Shown: positions 40,793 through 51,552, counted from the first letter of the stretch. The stretch is 64,000 nt of DNA from Eledone cirrhosa (GCA_964016885.1 OZ024743.1:144956001-145020000), one strand, 5' to 3'. Numbers and translations are program-made. The notes: generated by a model from the letters alone, not told the origin.

Positions 40793-41168
40793 ATATATAT
40801 ATACACACATTTAACTGAACACATATCTAAAGAGAAAATGAATGATCATAGGGTTCTGACGTTAACAGCTAGATTTGCAATAAAAAATATATATTGTTCA
40901 TATTAGGTTGATATTATACGACAATCATGTAAAGTAGGATTTGTACGTAATCTGTTCTTTATTTCTCATGGAGGCAATATCCTACAAAGTTTGCCCTTTC
41001 CTTCTAACGTCAATACCATAATTTGTTTTATTTCTGAATTGTGATATATTTTATTGAGGTTTATAAAATAACTATTTGACATTGACTGTAAACGATTCGC
41101 TCGATTGCATTTCTCTCTTAACTTTTTTAGCTTTGTCTATTATTATCATCATTATTATGATTATTATG

Positions 41169-41222
<54 letters not shown>

Positions 41223-41228
41223 GTTATT

Positions 41229-42843
41229 CCTTGAATCTCAGTCATTGATGTTGGTTAACTGGAAAGTCCGTTGGATTGAATATCAAGCCACTACCTGCAG
41301 CCTCAGATATTCAGGACGTATCGGAGGGTTCTTGCTGTTCCAAGCAAGCATGCCTTTTGAAGCGTTCCAAAAAGCGTGAAGGGGCCGATTTTCTTTAACC
41401 ATCCCTGGAAACTTTTGGAGATAGTCCCCAGTGCGCCTATGACAATCGGGATCACTTTGACTTCATGGCAGTTCCAGATCCTTTTCACCTCCCACTTTAG
41501 GTCCTGGTATCGGTTAATTTTCTCCCTCTCCTTCTCTTGCACTCTCGTGTCGAACGGGCAGGCCACATCCACAATCAGGCACGATCTTTTTTCTTTGTCC
41601 ACAACCACCAGGTCAGGTCTATTGTGTTCCAGTTTTTTGTCCGTCTGTATCCTAAAATCCCACAGCACCTTCACCTGATTGTTCTCCATCACCGCCTCTG
41701 GCCTATGCTCATACCATTTCTCAGAATGTGGTAGATTGTTTACTTTGCACAGGTGCCAGTGGATCACCCTGCCCATCACATCGTGTCTCCAGCCCTTATA
41801 GTGGGTCTGGGCTAGGTGTTTACACTCGGACACAATGTGAGCCACAGTCTCCTCTCTCTCTCCACAGATCCTGCACAGTGGGCTAGCCTCCTCCTTGTAG
41901 ATATGGTGCTTCAACCACTTCGTTTTGAGGGCCTGCTCCTGCGCAGCCATTAGCATTCCTTCTGTAGCCTTTTTGAGGTCTCCTCTTCTCAACCAGTTCC
42001 ATGTCTGTGGATCTCTAAATTCAGTTTTCTCAAAGAAGGTACTATGAAGGGATTTTCCCTTAAGGCTGCTCTTCCTCCTTGATGTTATTTCCTCCCCGGA
42101 CATCCCCTGGCCTACTGTCCCCTCCTTCAGTACAGTTCTGAGCATTGGCTCCTTACTATAGGTCACGTATTTGTATAGGTTGTTTTTCTCCATCTGAACA
42201 CAGTCCTCTATGCTGATAAGACCTCTTCCACCCTCAGATCTCCTTAGGTAGAGTCTATCGACATCACTCCTCTTTTGGAACATGTTGTAGATAGTCAATA
42301 GCTTCCTAGTCTTCCTATCCATTTCTTTTTGTTCAGCAACATTCCATCTCAGAATTCCCGCACTGTACCTAATAATAGACACAGCTCGGGAATTTACTGC
42401 GCTTATGGCATTTCTGCTGTTCAGATGTGACTTCAATACGCTCCTTACTCTCCGAATGTATTCAGTTCTTAACAATTCCTTCATTTTTTTGTTCTTTATG
42501 CCATCAGCCTCCAGAACGCCCAAATACTTGTATCCTTCCTCAGAGTCAATTTCCTTTATCATCTCACCTGTTGGTATCTGGATCCCGTTACTTCTGCTCA
42601 ACCTACTCCTCTTCATCACAATGACTCCACATTTACCAATACCAAACTGCATACATATATCACTGCTAAAAATACGGACAGTGTCAACAAGCACATCCAA
42701 CTCCTTCTCACTTTTCCCGAAGAGCTTAAGATCGTCCATGAAGAGGAGGTGATTGATGGTAAGCTCTCCCCTTCCCAACTTGTATCCTGCTCTCACTTTT
42801 CGCAGCATAATGGTCAAGGCCATCAGGGCAAGGACAAACAACA
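41229..42843 (-). mobile_element. 5'-truncated R4/Dong-like RLE non-LTR retrotransposon, copy 1, in (TAA)n
   Basis: Contains the RT C-terminal half, CCHC and PD-(D/E)xK endonuclease. A 74-nt 3'UTR runs directly into (AAT)n on the element strand, and ATT repeats lie on both sides. Confidence 0.9.
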
Positions 42844-42844
42844 A
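41303..42844 (-). CDS. Truncated RT-RLE polyprotein (513 codons open, no native start)
   Basis: Motifs HLLFMDDLKL, YKYLG, GGRGL, CRICGEREETVAHIVSEC, RHD, NRPDLVVVDK, IVDVACP, EREKINRYQDL and PIVIGALG. Confidence 0.9.
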   Translation of the reverse strand: MLFVLALMALTIMLRKVRAGYKLGRGELTINHLLFMDDLKLFGKSEKELDVLVDTVRIFSSDICMQFGIGKCGVIVMKRSRLSRSNGIQIPTGEMIKEIDSEEGYKYLGVLEADGIKNKKMKELLRTEYIRRVRSVLKSHLNSRNAISAVNSRAVSIIRYSAGILRWNVAEQKEMDRKTRKLLTIYNMFQKRSDVDRLYLRRSEGGRGLISIEDCVQMEKNNLYKYVTYSKEPMLRTVLKEGTVGQGMSGEEITSRRKSSLKGKSLHSTFFEKTEFRDPQTWNWLRRGDLKKATEGMLMAAQEQALKTKWLKHHIYKEEASPLCRICGEREETVAHIVSECKHLAQTHYKGWRHDVMGRVIHWHLCKVNNLPHSEKWYEHRPEAVMENNQVKVLWDFRIQTDKKLEHNRPDLVVVDKEKRSCLIVDVACPFDTRVQEKEREKINRYQDLKWEVKRIWNCHEVKVIPIVIGALGTISKSFQGWLKKIGPFTLFGTLQKACLLGTARTLRYVLNI

Positions 42845-42873
42845 TTATTATTATTATTATTATTGTTATTATT

Positions 42874-43368
42874 CTTTGAGTCTCAGTCATTGATGTTAGT
42901 TAACTGGAAAGTTTGTTGAAATGAATATCAAGCCACTACCTGCAGCCTCAGATATTCAGGACGTATCGGAGGGTTCTTGCTGTTCCCAGCAAGCATGCCT
43001 TTTGAAGCGTTCCAAAAAGCGTGAAGGGGCCAATTTTCTTTAACCATCTCTGGAAACTTTTTGAGATAGTCCCTAGTGCGCCTATGACAATCGGGATCAC
43101 TTTGACTTCATGGCAGTTCCAAATCCTTTTTACCTCCCACTTTAAGTCCTGGTATCGGTTAATTTTCTCCCTCTCCTTCTCTTGCACTCTCGTGTCGAAT
43201 GGGCAGGCCACATCCACAATCAGGCACGATCTTTTTTCTTTGTCTACAACCACCAGGTCAGGTCTATTGTGTTCCAGTTTCTTGTCCGTCTGTATCCTAA
43301 AATCCCACAGCACCTTCACCTGATCGTTTTCTATCACCGACTCTGGCTTATGCTCATACCACTTCTCA
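42874..43368 (-). mobile_element. 5'-truncated R4/Dong-like element, copy 2 (RLE domain and 3'UTR only)
   Basis: Near-identical to the 3' end of copy 1. ORF 42948-43337 repeats the RLE peptide with few substitutions, and (ATT)n flanks both sides. Confidence 0.9.
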
Positions 43369-43420
<52 letters not shown>

Positions 43421-43633
43421 GAATGCCATGGTTGACGGAGGCTCGGCTCTGTAAGGTATAGTAATTTTTAACCGTTAAAACAATTGTAAATTGTTTAAAA
43501 CTTGAACCAAATTGTTGATAAAGACACCCTCCTCCTCGTGAGAGGGGTCTTTCTGTCCGTTATTTGGCCCTTCGGGGTTAAATAACCAGTTATTGGGGTT
43601 TTGTACCCAGAATTTCATTTTAAACAAAAAAAC

Positions 43634-45727
43634 ATGGCTACGAAAAAGAAATTTCGTACGTCACTCCCACTCATTCCGTCTTCTTCTTCCTCAATCATCA
43701 CTACAGCAGAGAGAAGATTGTCTCTCTCCCTCCCTTCTTTAAATGTGTCTCTCTCCCTCCCTTCTCTTTCGCAAGCGACGAAAGAAAAGAAAAGTCTCGT
43801 GCAAAGCGTGCAAGGTTTCTCCACGACGACGACGACAGCGACGAAACAGGTGTGCGGGAAATACGAAAACCCAGTTCATTCGTCTGACGTCAGGAATAAT
43901 AGCAGTAGCAGCCGTAATAACAACAGCAACAGTGACAATGAAAACAACAGTAGCAGCCGCAACAGCATCACCAGCAGCATAAACAACAACAGCATTAGCA
44001 GCAGCAACACCAACAACAACCACAGCAACAGCGGCGGAGGCAGTAGTCGTAGTACCTGCAGCAACAACAAAAGTACCAGCAGCTCTGACGACAACAACAA
44101 CAGCAGAGAAAAACCAATCTCATTTGCAGGTATTGCGAAAAACTTGGAAACAATCCTCATAACAAATGAGGAATTAGAGGAAGCGAAGAAGATGGTGACA
44201 AAGAACGGACACCGAGCAATCTGCAAGGCAGCGAAAAATTTTTTCGAAACCCAAGAGCACTGTACGGTCACGTACCGTACAGTAAGTACAAAATCCCGTA
44301 GGGTGGAAAGAGCCACAGAGGCCCAAATACAAAAAGCCTTGGGGTCTGTGTGGCAGAGGAAAACGCACATCACCCGAGGCAAAAAATACGCCACCGTAGA
44401 CGTACTTTTTGCCACACCCCAGGAGGCAAAGGCCCAATCAGTAGTGACCCTAAGGAGCGAGGAAATGGTGTTGGTGCCCTCCTACTGCGGGCAAAAAATT
44501 GTGAGGGTCAAACTGACCCACGTCCCCCCCGGAATGACCCCTTCTTGGCTGGCCGCGTCTGTCCTCGTCGGAATCGAGGACAAAACAACTGTACTGCAAG
44601 TACAGAAAAAAGTAAGAGAAGATTGGGTCGGCTCCTCCATTGAGATGCTAATCCAAACCAACCAGGAGTGCATCGAAGCTATCCCGGATGTGATAGACTT
44701 CGATAACGGCACTCAACTGCCCATAAGTGTTGAGGGCAAACGCCCGAAATGCTTTCGCTGTGGATCGAAGACTCACCTCAGGGCCTTCTGCAACGAGAAG
44801 ACCCTGAGAAAGGAGAAAACCCCCCTCCTTCCGAATCCGGCTCCACGGCTACCAGCAACAGGACAAGAGGCAACCAGGAACGATAGGTCCGTGGCACCCA
44901 TACCCACTCCACGGAAATCAAAGACAGCAGCAGCAGTGGAAATATTAACAACAACAGCAATACCAAATGCAGCTGCAACAGAGACTCCAGTGCAAACATC
45001 ACCAACAACAACAAGTGAAAGAGTGGAGCTGGTACCCCTCCCCGACCTTACAGAATCAGACATGGAGTGTGAGGTGGGAGAGGGATGGCAAAAGGTCGCA
45101 AGAAGGCACAAACGCAGAAGCAGCGCATCGTCGCCTTTGAAAAGGGAGGAAAGAAATGAGAAAAGGGTAAAGTCTACTGCAAAGAGACCCACAGCAGCAA
45201 CACCACCAACACCATCACCACCCACACCAGCACCACCATCACCACCGGCGACAACCCCACCGCCAACAACACCTTCAACACCACCACCACAAGCACCAAC
45301 ATCGCAAACACAACAACAAAACACACACACCCAGCAACAACGACAAGAAAATAGCAGAACCCCACCCCACCCCCAGAAAAACAAATGCACGGCAATAAAC
45401 ACACACAACAAGAAACTAATGACTTACATAATTGAACACACAGACATTTCACAACAGGACTACATAATACCAGCACCAATCAAAACGCCAACTAACATAA
45501 GACTGCTAAAAATAGCACAGAAACAATACACAAACATTAAAACGAAATTCCCCAACGCAGTTGGTGATTTCAGGGACCTAGGAGGAACCATCAATCGAAG
45601 AGTATATTCAGACATTCTCTTAGAAGAGCCGACGACCAGCCGAAGGGACGATTCAACGGTCCCTTCACCAGACGATCAAGTGAAAAGGGATGTAAAAACC
45701 ATCCCTCCTCTACCAAAAGTACGGTAA
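43634..45727 (+). CDS. Tx1/L1 ORF1p, gag-like nucleic-acid-binding protein (about 697 aa from ATG 43634)
   Basis: Open frame with a zinc knuckle CFRCGSKTHLRAFC (CX2CX4HX4C), an S/N-rich N-terminal low-complexity tract, a P/T-rich C-terminal tract and basic patches (RRHKRR). Confidence 0.88.
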   Translation: MATKKKFRTSLPLIPSSSSSIITTAERRLSLSLPSLNVSLSLPSLSQATKEKKSLVQSVQGFSTTTTTATKQVCGKYENPVHSSDVRNNSSSSRNNNSNSDNENNSSSRNSITSSINNNSISSSNTNNNHSNSGGGSSRSTCSNNKSTSSSDDNNNSREKPISFAGIAKNLETILITNEELEEAKKMVTKNGHRAICKAAKNFFETQEHCTVTYRTVSTKSRRVERATEAQIQKALGSVWQRKTHITRGKKYATVDVLFATPQEAKAQSVVTLRSEEMVLVPSYCGQKIVRVKLTHVPPGMTPSWLAASVLVGIEDKTTVLQVQKKVREDWVGSSIEMLIQTNQECIEAIPDVIDFDNGTQLPISVEGKRPKCFRCGSKTHLRAFCNEKTLRKEKTPLLPNPAPRLPATGQEATRNDRSVAPIPTPRKSKTAAAVEILTTTAIPNAAATETPVQTSPTTTSERVELVPLPDLTESDMECEVGEGWQKVARRHKRRSSASSPLKREERNEKRVKSTAKRPTAATPPTPSPPTPAPPSPPATTPPPTTPSTPPPQAPTSQTQQQNTHTQQQRQENSRTPPHPQKNKCTAINTHNKKLMTYIIEHTDISQQDYIIPAPIKTPTNIRLLKIAQKQYTNIKTKFPNAVGDFRDLGGTINRRVYSDILLEEPTTSRRDDSTVPSPDDQVKRDVKTIPPLPKVR

Positions 45728-45762
45728 GTGGTCTTTCCCATCTTTTCCACTCTATTTTAAAC

Positions 45763-48700
45763 ATGACCTCACTCAGAATAGGCAGCATAAATGCGCGTGG
45801 CTTGGGGTCATCATGGAAGCAGGGTCACCTGCTCAACGACCTCAGGTCACTAAACATAGATGTAGTGGCCATCAGCGAGACCAGAATCTCCGAAGCACGG
45901 GCCTTCGCACCGATCTTCGGCGGCTACGATGTGTACGCATCTCCCAGCCGTCCTGGATCGGGTGGAGGAGTTGCTGTGCTTTTTCGGAGAGGTTTGGATC
46001 TCGCCATACGGGCCATCTTCCTGGACCCAGAGGGTAAGCTGGTGGTGCTGGACGTGACCAGCGGAGACGGGCAAGCTTTCAGGCTAGTGGCCGTCTATGC
46101 CCCGACAGGAGCAGGGCGGCCTGATTTCTTCCGGCGTCTGGAGACCTTTCTTGGAACGTCCCGCTCTTTAGTGTTAGTGGGCGACTGGAACGGGATCTTA
46201 GATGCACGCTGGGACTGTGTGGGATTAGCGGATAGGGGTGGAGGGTGCAAGAGCCTCACCAACCTGCTCAGGCGTTTTGAACTGTCTGACAGGTACCGAT
46301 TGGATTTCCCGAATGTGCCAATGTGGACTTGGACAAACCGCATAGGGTCATCCAGATCATATCTAGATAGAGTATTTTGTAGGGAAATAGATAGGTCTAG
46401 CATACGCTGTCCACAATTCAAGATAGTCAGCTACACGGACCACAAATTCGTGATCTGTGTGCTTGACCTAGATAGGCTTCATAGACGAGGACCCGGCTAC
46501 TGGAAGCTAAACGCGTCCTTACCAGCGCGCAAGGCCTACAGAGACCGGATTAGCGAACTAGTTAAGCGGGCGTTGACGGGGGCCATCGTCAACAACAAGT
46601 GGTGGTTTGCTCTGAAAAGAGCGATTAGAATAGAATCGATTAGGTTTAGTAAGGCTTTAGCAATAGAGAAAAATAGAGCAGAGGGAGAACTAGTTAGAAA
46701 ATTAGACGAGGCGCTTAGCAAAGGCATTGCGACCGACGTGCTTGCGGCGAAATTGGCCCTTGACCAATTCTTCAATGCAAAGCACGAAGGCTGCGTTGTC
46801 AGAGCTAGGGTGCGTGCTCTCAGACACGAGGGGACGAAAGCCGTTCAATGGGCCCGAGTGGCGGAGGCGCGTCGTGGCAACAAAGCCACGATCCGGTCTT
46901 TGGTGGACCACGACGGGCGCATGCTACTCGATCCCGGGCAAATGTGTGAAGTTTTTCAGCGACACTTCGCTCAGCTGTTCGGGGGCAGCGGGGGGCCGGG
47001 TAGAGGGATGGACTTTAGTGTCTACCTCGACGGACTGCCGCGGCTCTCGGCCACTGAGGCGAAGTGTTGCGAAAAGCCGATAACAGCCGCTGAAGTAAGG
47101 GAGGCCATGACTGGCTGCACAAGGGATAAATCGCCTGGTTTGGATGGTCTGCCCTATGAACTTTACGTACAGATGCCAGACTTGTTCGGAGGCCTCTTGG
47201 CGGACGTCTACTGCAACTGGCAACAGAACGGGAGAATTCCCAGTTCTGTGAGCCGAGGAGCGGTGGCACTGCTGAGAAAGGATCCGAACAAGGGGGATAA
47301 CATAGAAAATTTCCGGCCCATAACTCTGCTAAACACAGAGTTTAAGATTTTGGCCAAGGTGCTAGCAAAGAGGTTGGCGCTTGTCGTTGGTGGTCTGGTG
47401 GGAGAGGCGCAGACATGCGCCATTCCCGACAGATCCATCCACGACAACCTCCACCTCATGCGATACATCGTAGAGAGGGTAGCTAGCGAACCTGGCACGG
47501 GTGGGTCCTTGATCAATTTAGATCAGTCGAAAGCTTTCGATAGGGTCGACCATCGTTACCTAGCGGCAGTCCTGAGGGCGGCTGGCTTTGGGCCCGTCTT
47601 CAGAGGCTGGATCGCTGCCATGCACAGCGACATCTGCTCTGTGGTGAGAGTGAACGGTCACCTGTCGGAACCGTTCAACATCATGCGCTCGGTCCGCCAA
47701 GGATGTCCCCTCTCGTCCCTCTTGTACGTATTGACTCTCGAGCCATTACTGCACAAACTGGAGACGTTGAGGGGGGTCCCGCGCGAACTAGGATGCGGAA
47801 GATCCGTATCAGCATATGCGGACGATGTCACCGTAGTGGTGTCGAACGCCAAACACATCGAGGCGATCGGCACTACACTAAGAGAATACGAAGCGGTGAC
47901 AGGAGCAATGATCAACCAGGAAAAGTCAGTGGGCCTGCAGCTCGGCACCTGGAGAGGCATGTCCATGCCGTCCAACAGCGTCGTCGGACGCTGGACGGAC
48001 GGACCGGTTAAATTGCTAGGGGTCTGGTTCGGTCCGGACCTCCAGACGGACAAAAACTGGGACGAGGTGACGAGCAGGGTGGCTTCTCTCACCCAGAAAT
48101 GGGCCGAGAGGAAGCTATCCCTGAAAGGTCGAGCTGAGGTGGCTAACGCGTACATCGCGTCCGTCATCTGCTACCGCCTGACCGTCGTACCTTGTCCTAA
48201 GCCTCGCCTGACTGTGCTGGAGCGTTTGCTCTTTCGCTTTTTGTGGAAGGGACGCGCTCCGATGGTCAGGCGGTCCATCTGTTGTCAACACCCGCTACGT
48301 GGAGGGCTGGGCATGCCGTGGCTGATGATGCGCAGGCACGCGCTCAGGCTACGACATCTCCACCTCTTCCTCGACGGTGATCAGGTGTGGTCGCCGTTTG
48401 CTAGACGCGTATTTCCCCAGCTCGTTTCCTTGACGGAGCTGCAGTCCTGGGTCAAGCGAAGACCGAGAGGGAGCGCCTGGAGACTGGAATGTCTTCAGGC
48501 GCTCACAGCCCTCGACCAATCGGGCAATGTGATCGGTGGAAACTCCACCTCGGCGTTCTATAGAGGATTAGTGGAGGGGAAGAGCGACGACGTACTTGGG
48601 GCAACTCTAGGCGTCGACGAAAATCAACTAGCCAATCTCTTCGGAAGAACTTTCGGGCCAGGGCCTATGGACAACTTCCAGAAATCTCTGGCCTGGCAGT

Positions 48701-49182
48701 GCTACCGAGGAGCCTTGCCAGTTCGGGATAAACTCTACAGGCATGGAGGTGCCGTCAGCCGGGCATGTCCGAGATGCGCGCAGGGCGACGAAACCGTCCT
48801 GCACGCACTCGTCCAGTGTCCGAAAATTGCTGACTTGTGGGTTTATGTCGAACACCTGCTGTCGCGTTTAGGACGGATCCAGCTATCATCTGAGTCTATC
48901 GTGAGGATTGCCCCGCCCTCCTCCTTTAGCCGGGAAGGGCAGGCAGTTTTTATCTGTCTGGTGGCCATGGCGAAAGAGATAGTATGGTGGACACGTTTGA
49001 AAGGGCTGAAGACGAGCACTTACCTCTTCGGTGATGCTCTGATTGACTTTTTCAAATTTCATTTGAAAAGGAAAATCAGAGTAGAGAAGGAAGTGCTCTC
49101 TTCCCAGCATTTTGTTGAAAGATGGGTGAGAGAAGCAAGAATGGCCCGAGTGAATGGGCCTACTCTGAGTATATATCTGTAA
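45763..49182 (+). CDS. Tx1/L1 ORF2p: apurinic-like endonuclease, reverse transcriptase and C-terminal CCHC zinc finger (1139 aa)
   Basis: APE motifs SINARG, ISET, VYAP, GDWN, SYLDR, TDH. RT motifs KSPGLDG, FRPITLLN, LDQSKAFDRVDH, VRQGCPLS, YADD, LLGV. Zinc finger CPRC...ETVLHALVQC. No stops or frameshifts. Confidence 0.96.
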   Translation: MTSLRIGSINARGLGSSWKQGHLLNDLRSLNIDVVAISETRISEARAFAPIFGGYDVYASPSRPGSGGGVAVLFRRGLDLAIRAIFLDPEGKLVVLDVTSGDGQAFRLVAVYAPTGAGRPDFFRRLETFLGTSRSLVLVGDWNGILDARWDCVGLADRGGGCKSLTNLLRRFELSDRYRLDFPNVPMWTWTNRIGSSRSYLDRVFCREIDRSSIRCPQFKIVSYTDHKFVICVLDLDRLHRRGPGYWKLNASLPARKAYRDRISELVKRALTGAIVNNKWWFALKRAIRIESIRFSKALAIEKNRAEGELVRKLDEALSKGIATDVLAAKLALDQFFNAKHEGCVVRARVRALRHEGTKAVQWARVAEARRGNKATIRSLVDHDGRMLLDPGQMCEVFQRHFAQLFGGSGGPGRGMDFSVYLDGLPRLSATEAKCCEKPITAAEVREAMTGCTRDKSPGLDGLPYELYVQMPDLFGGLLADVYCNWQQNGRIPSSVSRGAVALLRKDPNKGDNIENFRPITLLNTEFKILAKVLAKRLALVVGGLVGEAQTCAIPDRSIHDNLHLMRYIVERVASEPGTGGSLINLDQSKAFDRVDHRYLAAVLRAAGFGPVFRGWIAAMHSDICSVVRVNGHLSEPFNIMRSVRQGCPLSSLLYVLTLEPLLHKLETLRGVPRELGCGRSVSAYADDVTVVVSNAKHIEAIGTTLREYEAVTGAMINQEKSVGLQLGTWRGMSMPSNSVVGRWTDGPVKLLGVWFGPDLQTDKNWDEVTSRVASLTQKWAERKLSLKGRAEVANAYIASVICYRLTVVPCPKPRLTVLERLLFRFLWKGRAPMVRRSICCQHPLRGGLGMPWLMMRRHALRLRHLHLFLDGDQVWSPFARRVFPQLVSLTELQSWVKRRPRGSAWRLECLQALTALDQSGNVIGGNSTSAFYRGLVEGKSDDVLGATLGVDENQLANLFGRTFGPGPMDNFQKSLAWQCYRGALPVRDKLYRHGGAVSRACPRCAQGDETVLHALVQCPKIADLWVYVEHLLSRLGRIQLSSESIVRIAPPSSFSREGQAVFICLVAMAKEIVWWTRLKGLKTSTYLFGDALIDFFKFHLKRKIRVEKEVLSSQHFVERWVREARMARVNGPTLSIYL

Positions 49183-49441
49183 ATTAAAGGTGGAAAACTG
49201 GGAGAGGGCACTTGCCTTGGTGGTCAGGGTCATTGTGGCTTTTTACTGGGCTTTCACCACAAATGTCCCTCCGAAGTCTCCCCCCTATTGGGGAATTTTT
49301 CATTGTTATTTTCATTGTTATTTTTGTTACATCCTCTGTTTTTGATTTTTACACGCAGAAATGCCCATTTGTACCGTCCTGCATTGTCCTGCACTGTCCT
49401 TAATGTCTACTTTATGTAAACCCTTGTGGTTAATAAAGAAA

Positions 49442-49517
<76 letters not shown>

Positions 49518-49572
49518 CATTAGTGTTGTTGCTGTTGGTAGTGGTGGTGGTGTGGTGCCGTTGTTATTTGTA

Positions 49573-50500
49573 AGGGAGGTGGATTGGTGGTATCTGTAGA
49601 GCGTTCAGCAAAATGATTTGCGGTATTTAGTTATGGCTTTCTACGTTTTGAGTTCAAATCCCACCGAAAGTTAGCTTGGCTTTTCGTAATGCACTGGGAT
49701 CAATTTAATCGACTTTACCCTCCTCCAAAATTGTTGGCCTTGTACCTAAATTAGAAACAATCATTATTGGTGGAGTCGAGGGGGGTGACTTGGTAGAGTG
49801 GTTTGAGCGTTAAACAAAACCATTACGGTGTTTAGTTTATTTTCTGATTTCACATTCCACCGAAGTCAACTAGGCCTTTCATTCTTCCGAGATCGATAGA
49901 TTAAAGTACCAGTTAATATTATCGACCTTCCCTTTCCCCAAAAAACTGTTGGTCTTGTGCCTTAATTTGAAATCGTTATTACAGGTTGGTGGACTAGCAG
50001 ATTTTATAGAACGTCAGATAACATGCCATTGCAGCATTTGTTCATGCTATTCTGAATTCAAATCCTGTTGAGGTTAACTTAGTCTTTCATCTTTCAGAGG
50101 TCGATAAAATAAAGTGTCAATCAAATACTTGGTTGATTTAATTAACTTTGCCCTTTCCCAAATTTTGCTGGCCTTATGATTAAATTAGAAACCAATATTA
50201 ATGTTATTTGCGACGTCGCCGAGGTTAACTTAGCTTTTCATCCTTCGGGAGTCGATAAAAAAAAGGTATCAGTCAAGCACTGGGGTCAATGTAATCGATT
50301 TTTCTTGCCCCACAAATTGCTGTCGTTATGCCTAATTATAAACTATTATAGGGCGGTGGATTGGCAACAGCATTATGCTTTATTGCAAAATACAATAAAG
50401 CATTTTGCGGGCAAAATGCTTTATTGCCTTTTGTTACGGCTCTTTATTTTTCTGTGTAAAACTTTGCTTTTCATTCTTCTGGGGTCGATAAAAAGTACTA
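49573..50500 (+). mobile_element. Head-to-tail array of about five diverged SINE family 1 copies
   Basis: Five successive head/core units starting near 49573, 49780, 49985, 50215 and 50350. Confidence 0.75.
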
Positions 50501-51258
50501 ACGTAGCAAGGTTTATAATATATTAGTTTAGGCAACGGTGACACTATATAACTGAAAAATGCTTCGTTAGCATTCAGAGCTCTGTTGAAATTTTCCAATC
50601 AGAAACAAATCTTGCAATTGCGATAGTCATTGACATTTGAGGGCCAGCATCTCACCAGACCAGCTCCTATTATTTAACAAAAAACAATCATTCTTCGTGA
50701 TCATTTAATTTGTTAGAAATAGCAACCAAATTTCTCTCACATCGCACCTATTCTATTTAAAACAGAATGTCAGATTGGCTAATGTAGTCTGGGATATACG
50801 CTGCATGTAAAAAAGGTAGAGTAATCCCGACTGAAATGCATTTCAGGACAAAGCTGTGACTAAACATCAGCAAAAACTTTTAATTTCTCCTTTTCCATAT
50901 GTTTGATATTTTCTCAAGTAATGTTTAAAATTGAATAACGATGTGAATATAAAAAAAATAACTAACGACATAAATCTATTCTGTTTTCAGAGCTGACCGA
51001 CGTTAAGAGGAATTACCGTTTAGGATCGAAAGAAAAGTGACGATGCCGACCGGAGTCATGTATGAAGATATATTTTTGGGGGTTGTGTTGCTCTGTTTCT
51101 ACGATTTAGCATTGTGCTTTTGGTTTGTGAACTTGATCGGTTGTTTGCCAACATAATCTGTCTCTTTAAATTGAAAGCAGACCAAAAGATTTATTCGAAA
51201 TTACACGAGAAAAAACATACACAAAGGCACATATGTGCACACATGCAAGCACATTTAC

Positions 51259-51324
<66 letters not shown>

Positions 51325-51375
51325 GTAAATGTGCTTGCATGTATATATATATATATATATATAAATGTGCTTGCA

Positions 51376-51418
<43 letters not shown>

Positions 51419-51452
51419 ATATACACATTTATATATATATATACATATACAC

Positions 51453-51507
<55 letters not shown>

Positions 51508-51514
51508 TACGCAC

Positions 51515-51552
<38 letters not shown>

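Larger units (their letters stand above)
43421..49443 (+). mobile_element. Full-length, apparently intact L1/Tx1-group non-LTR retrotransposon (about 6.0 kb) inserted in an (ATT)n microsatellite
   Basis: About 210-nt 5'UTR, ORF1, 35-nt spacer, ORF2 (APE+RT+CCHC), and a 3'UTR with AATAAA at 49432-49437 ending ...AAAGAAATC. (ATT)n lies on both sides (43370-43420 and 49444-49516). GC content is well above the flanks. Confidence 0.93.

Noticed and set aside
43739-48855. Antisense and overlapping ORFs within the Tx1 element (likewise within the RTE and RLE elements)
   Set aside because: They are shadow frames of GC-richer or low-complexity coding sequence with no motifs.
49573-50500. CRISPR-like repeat-spacer array
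   Set aside because: The units are diverged SINEs of about 200 bp in eukaryotic DNA, with no cas genes.
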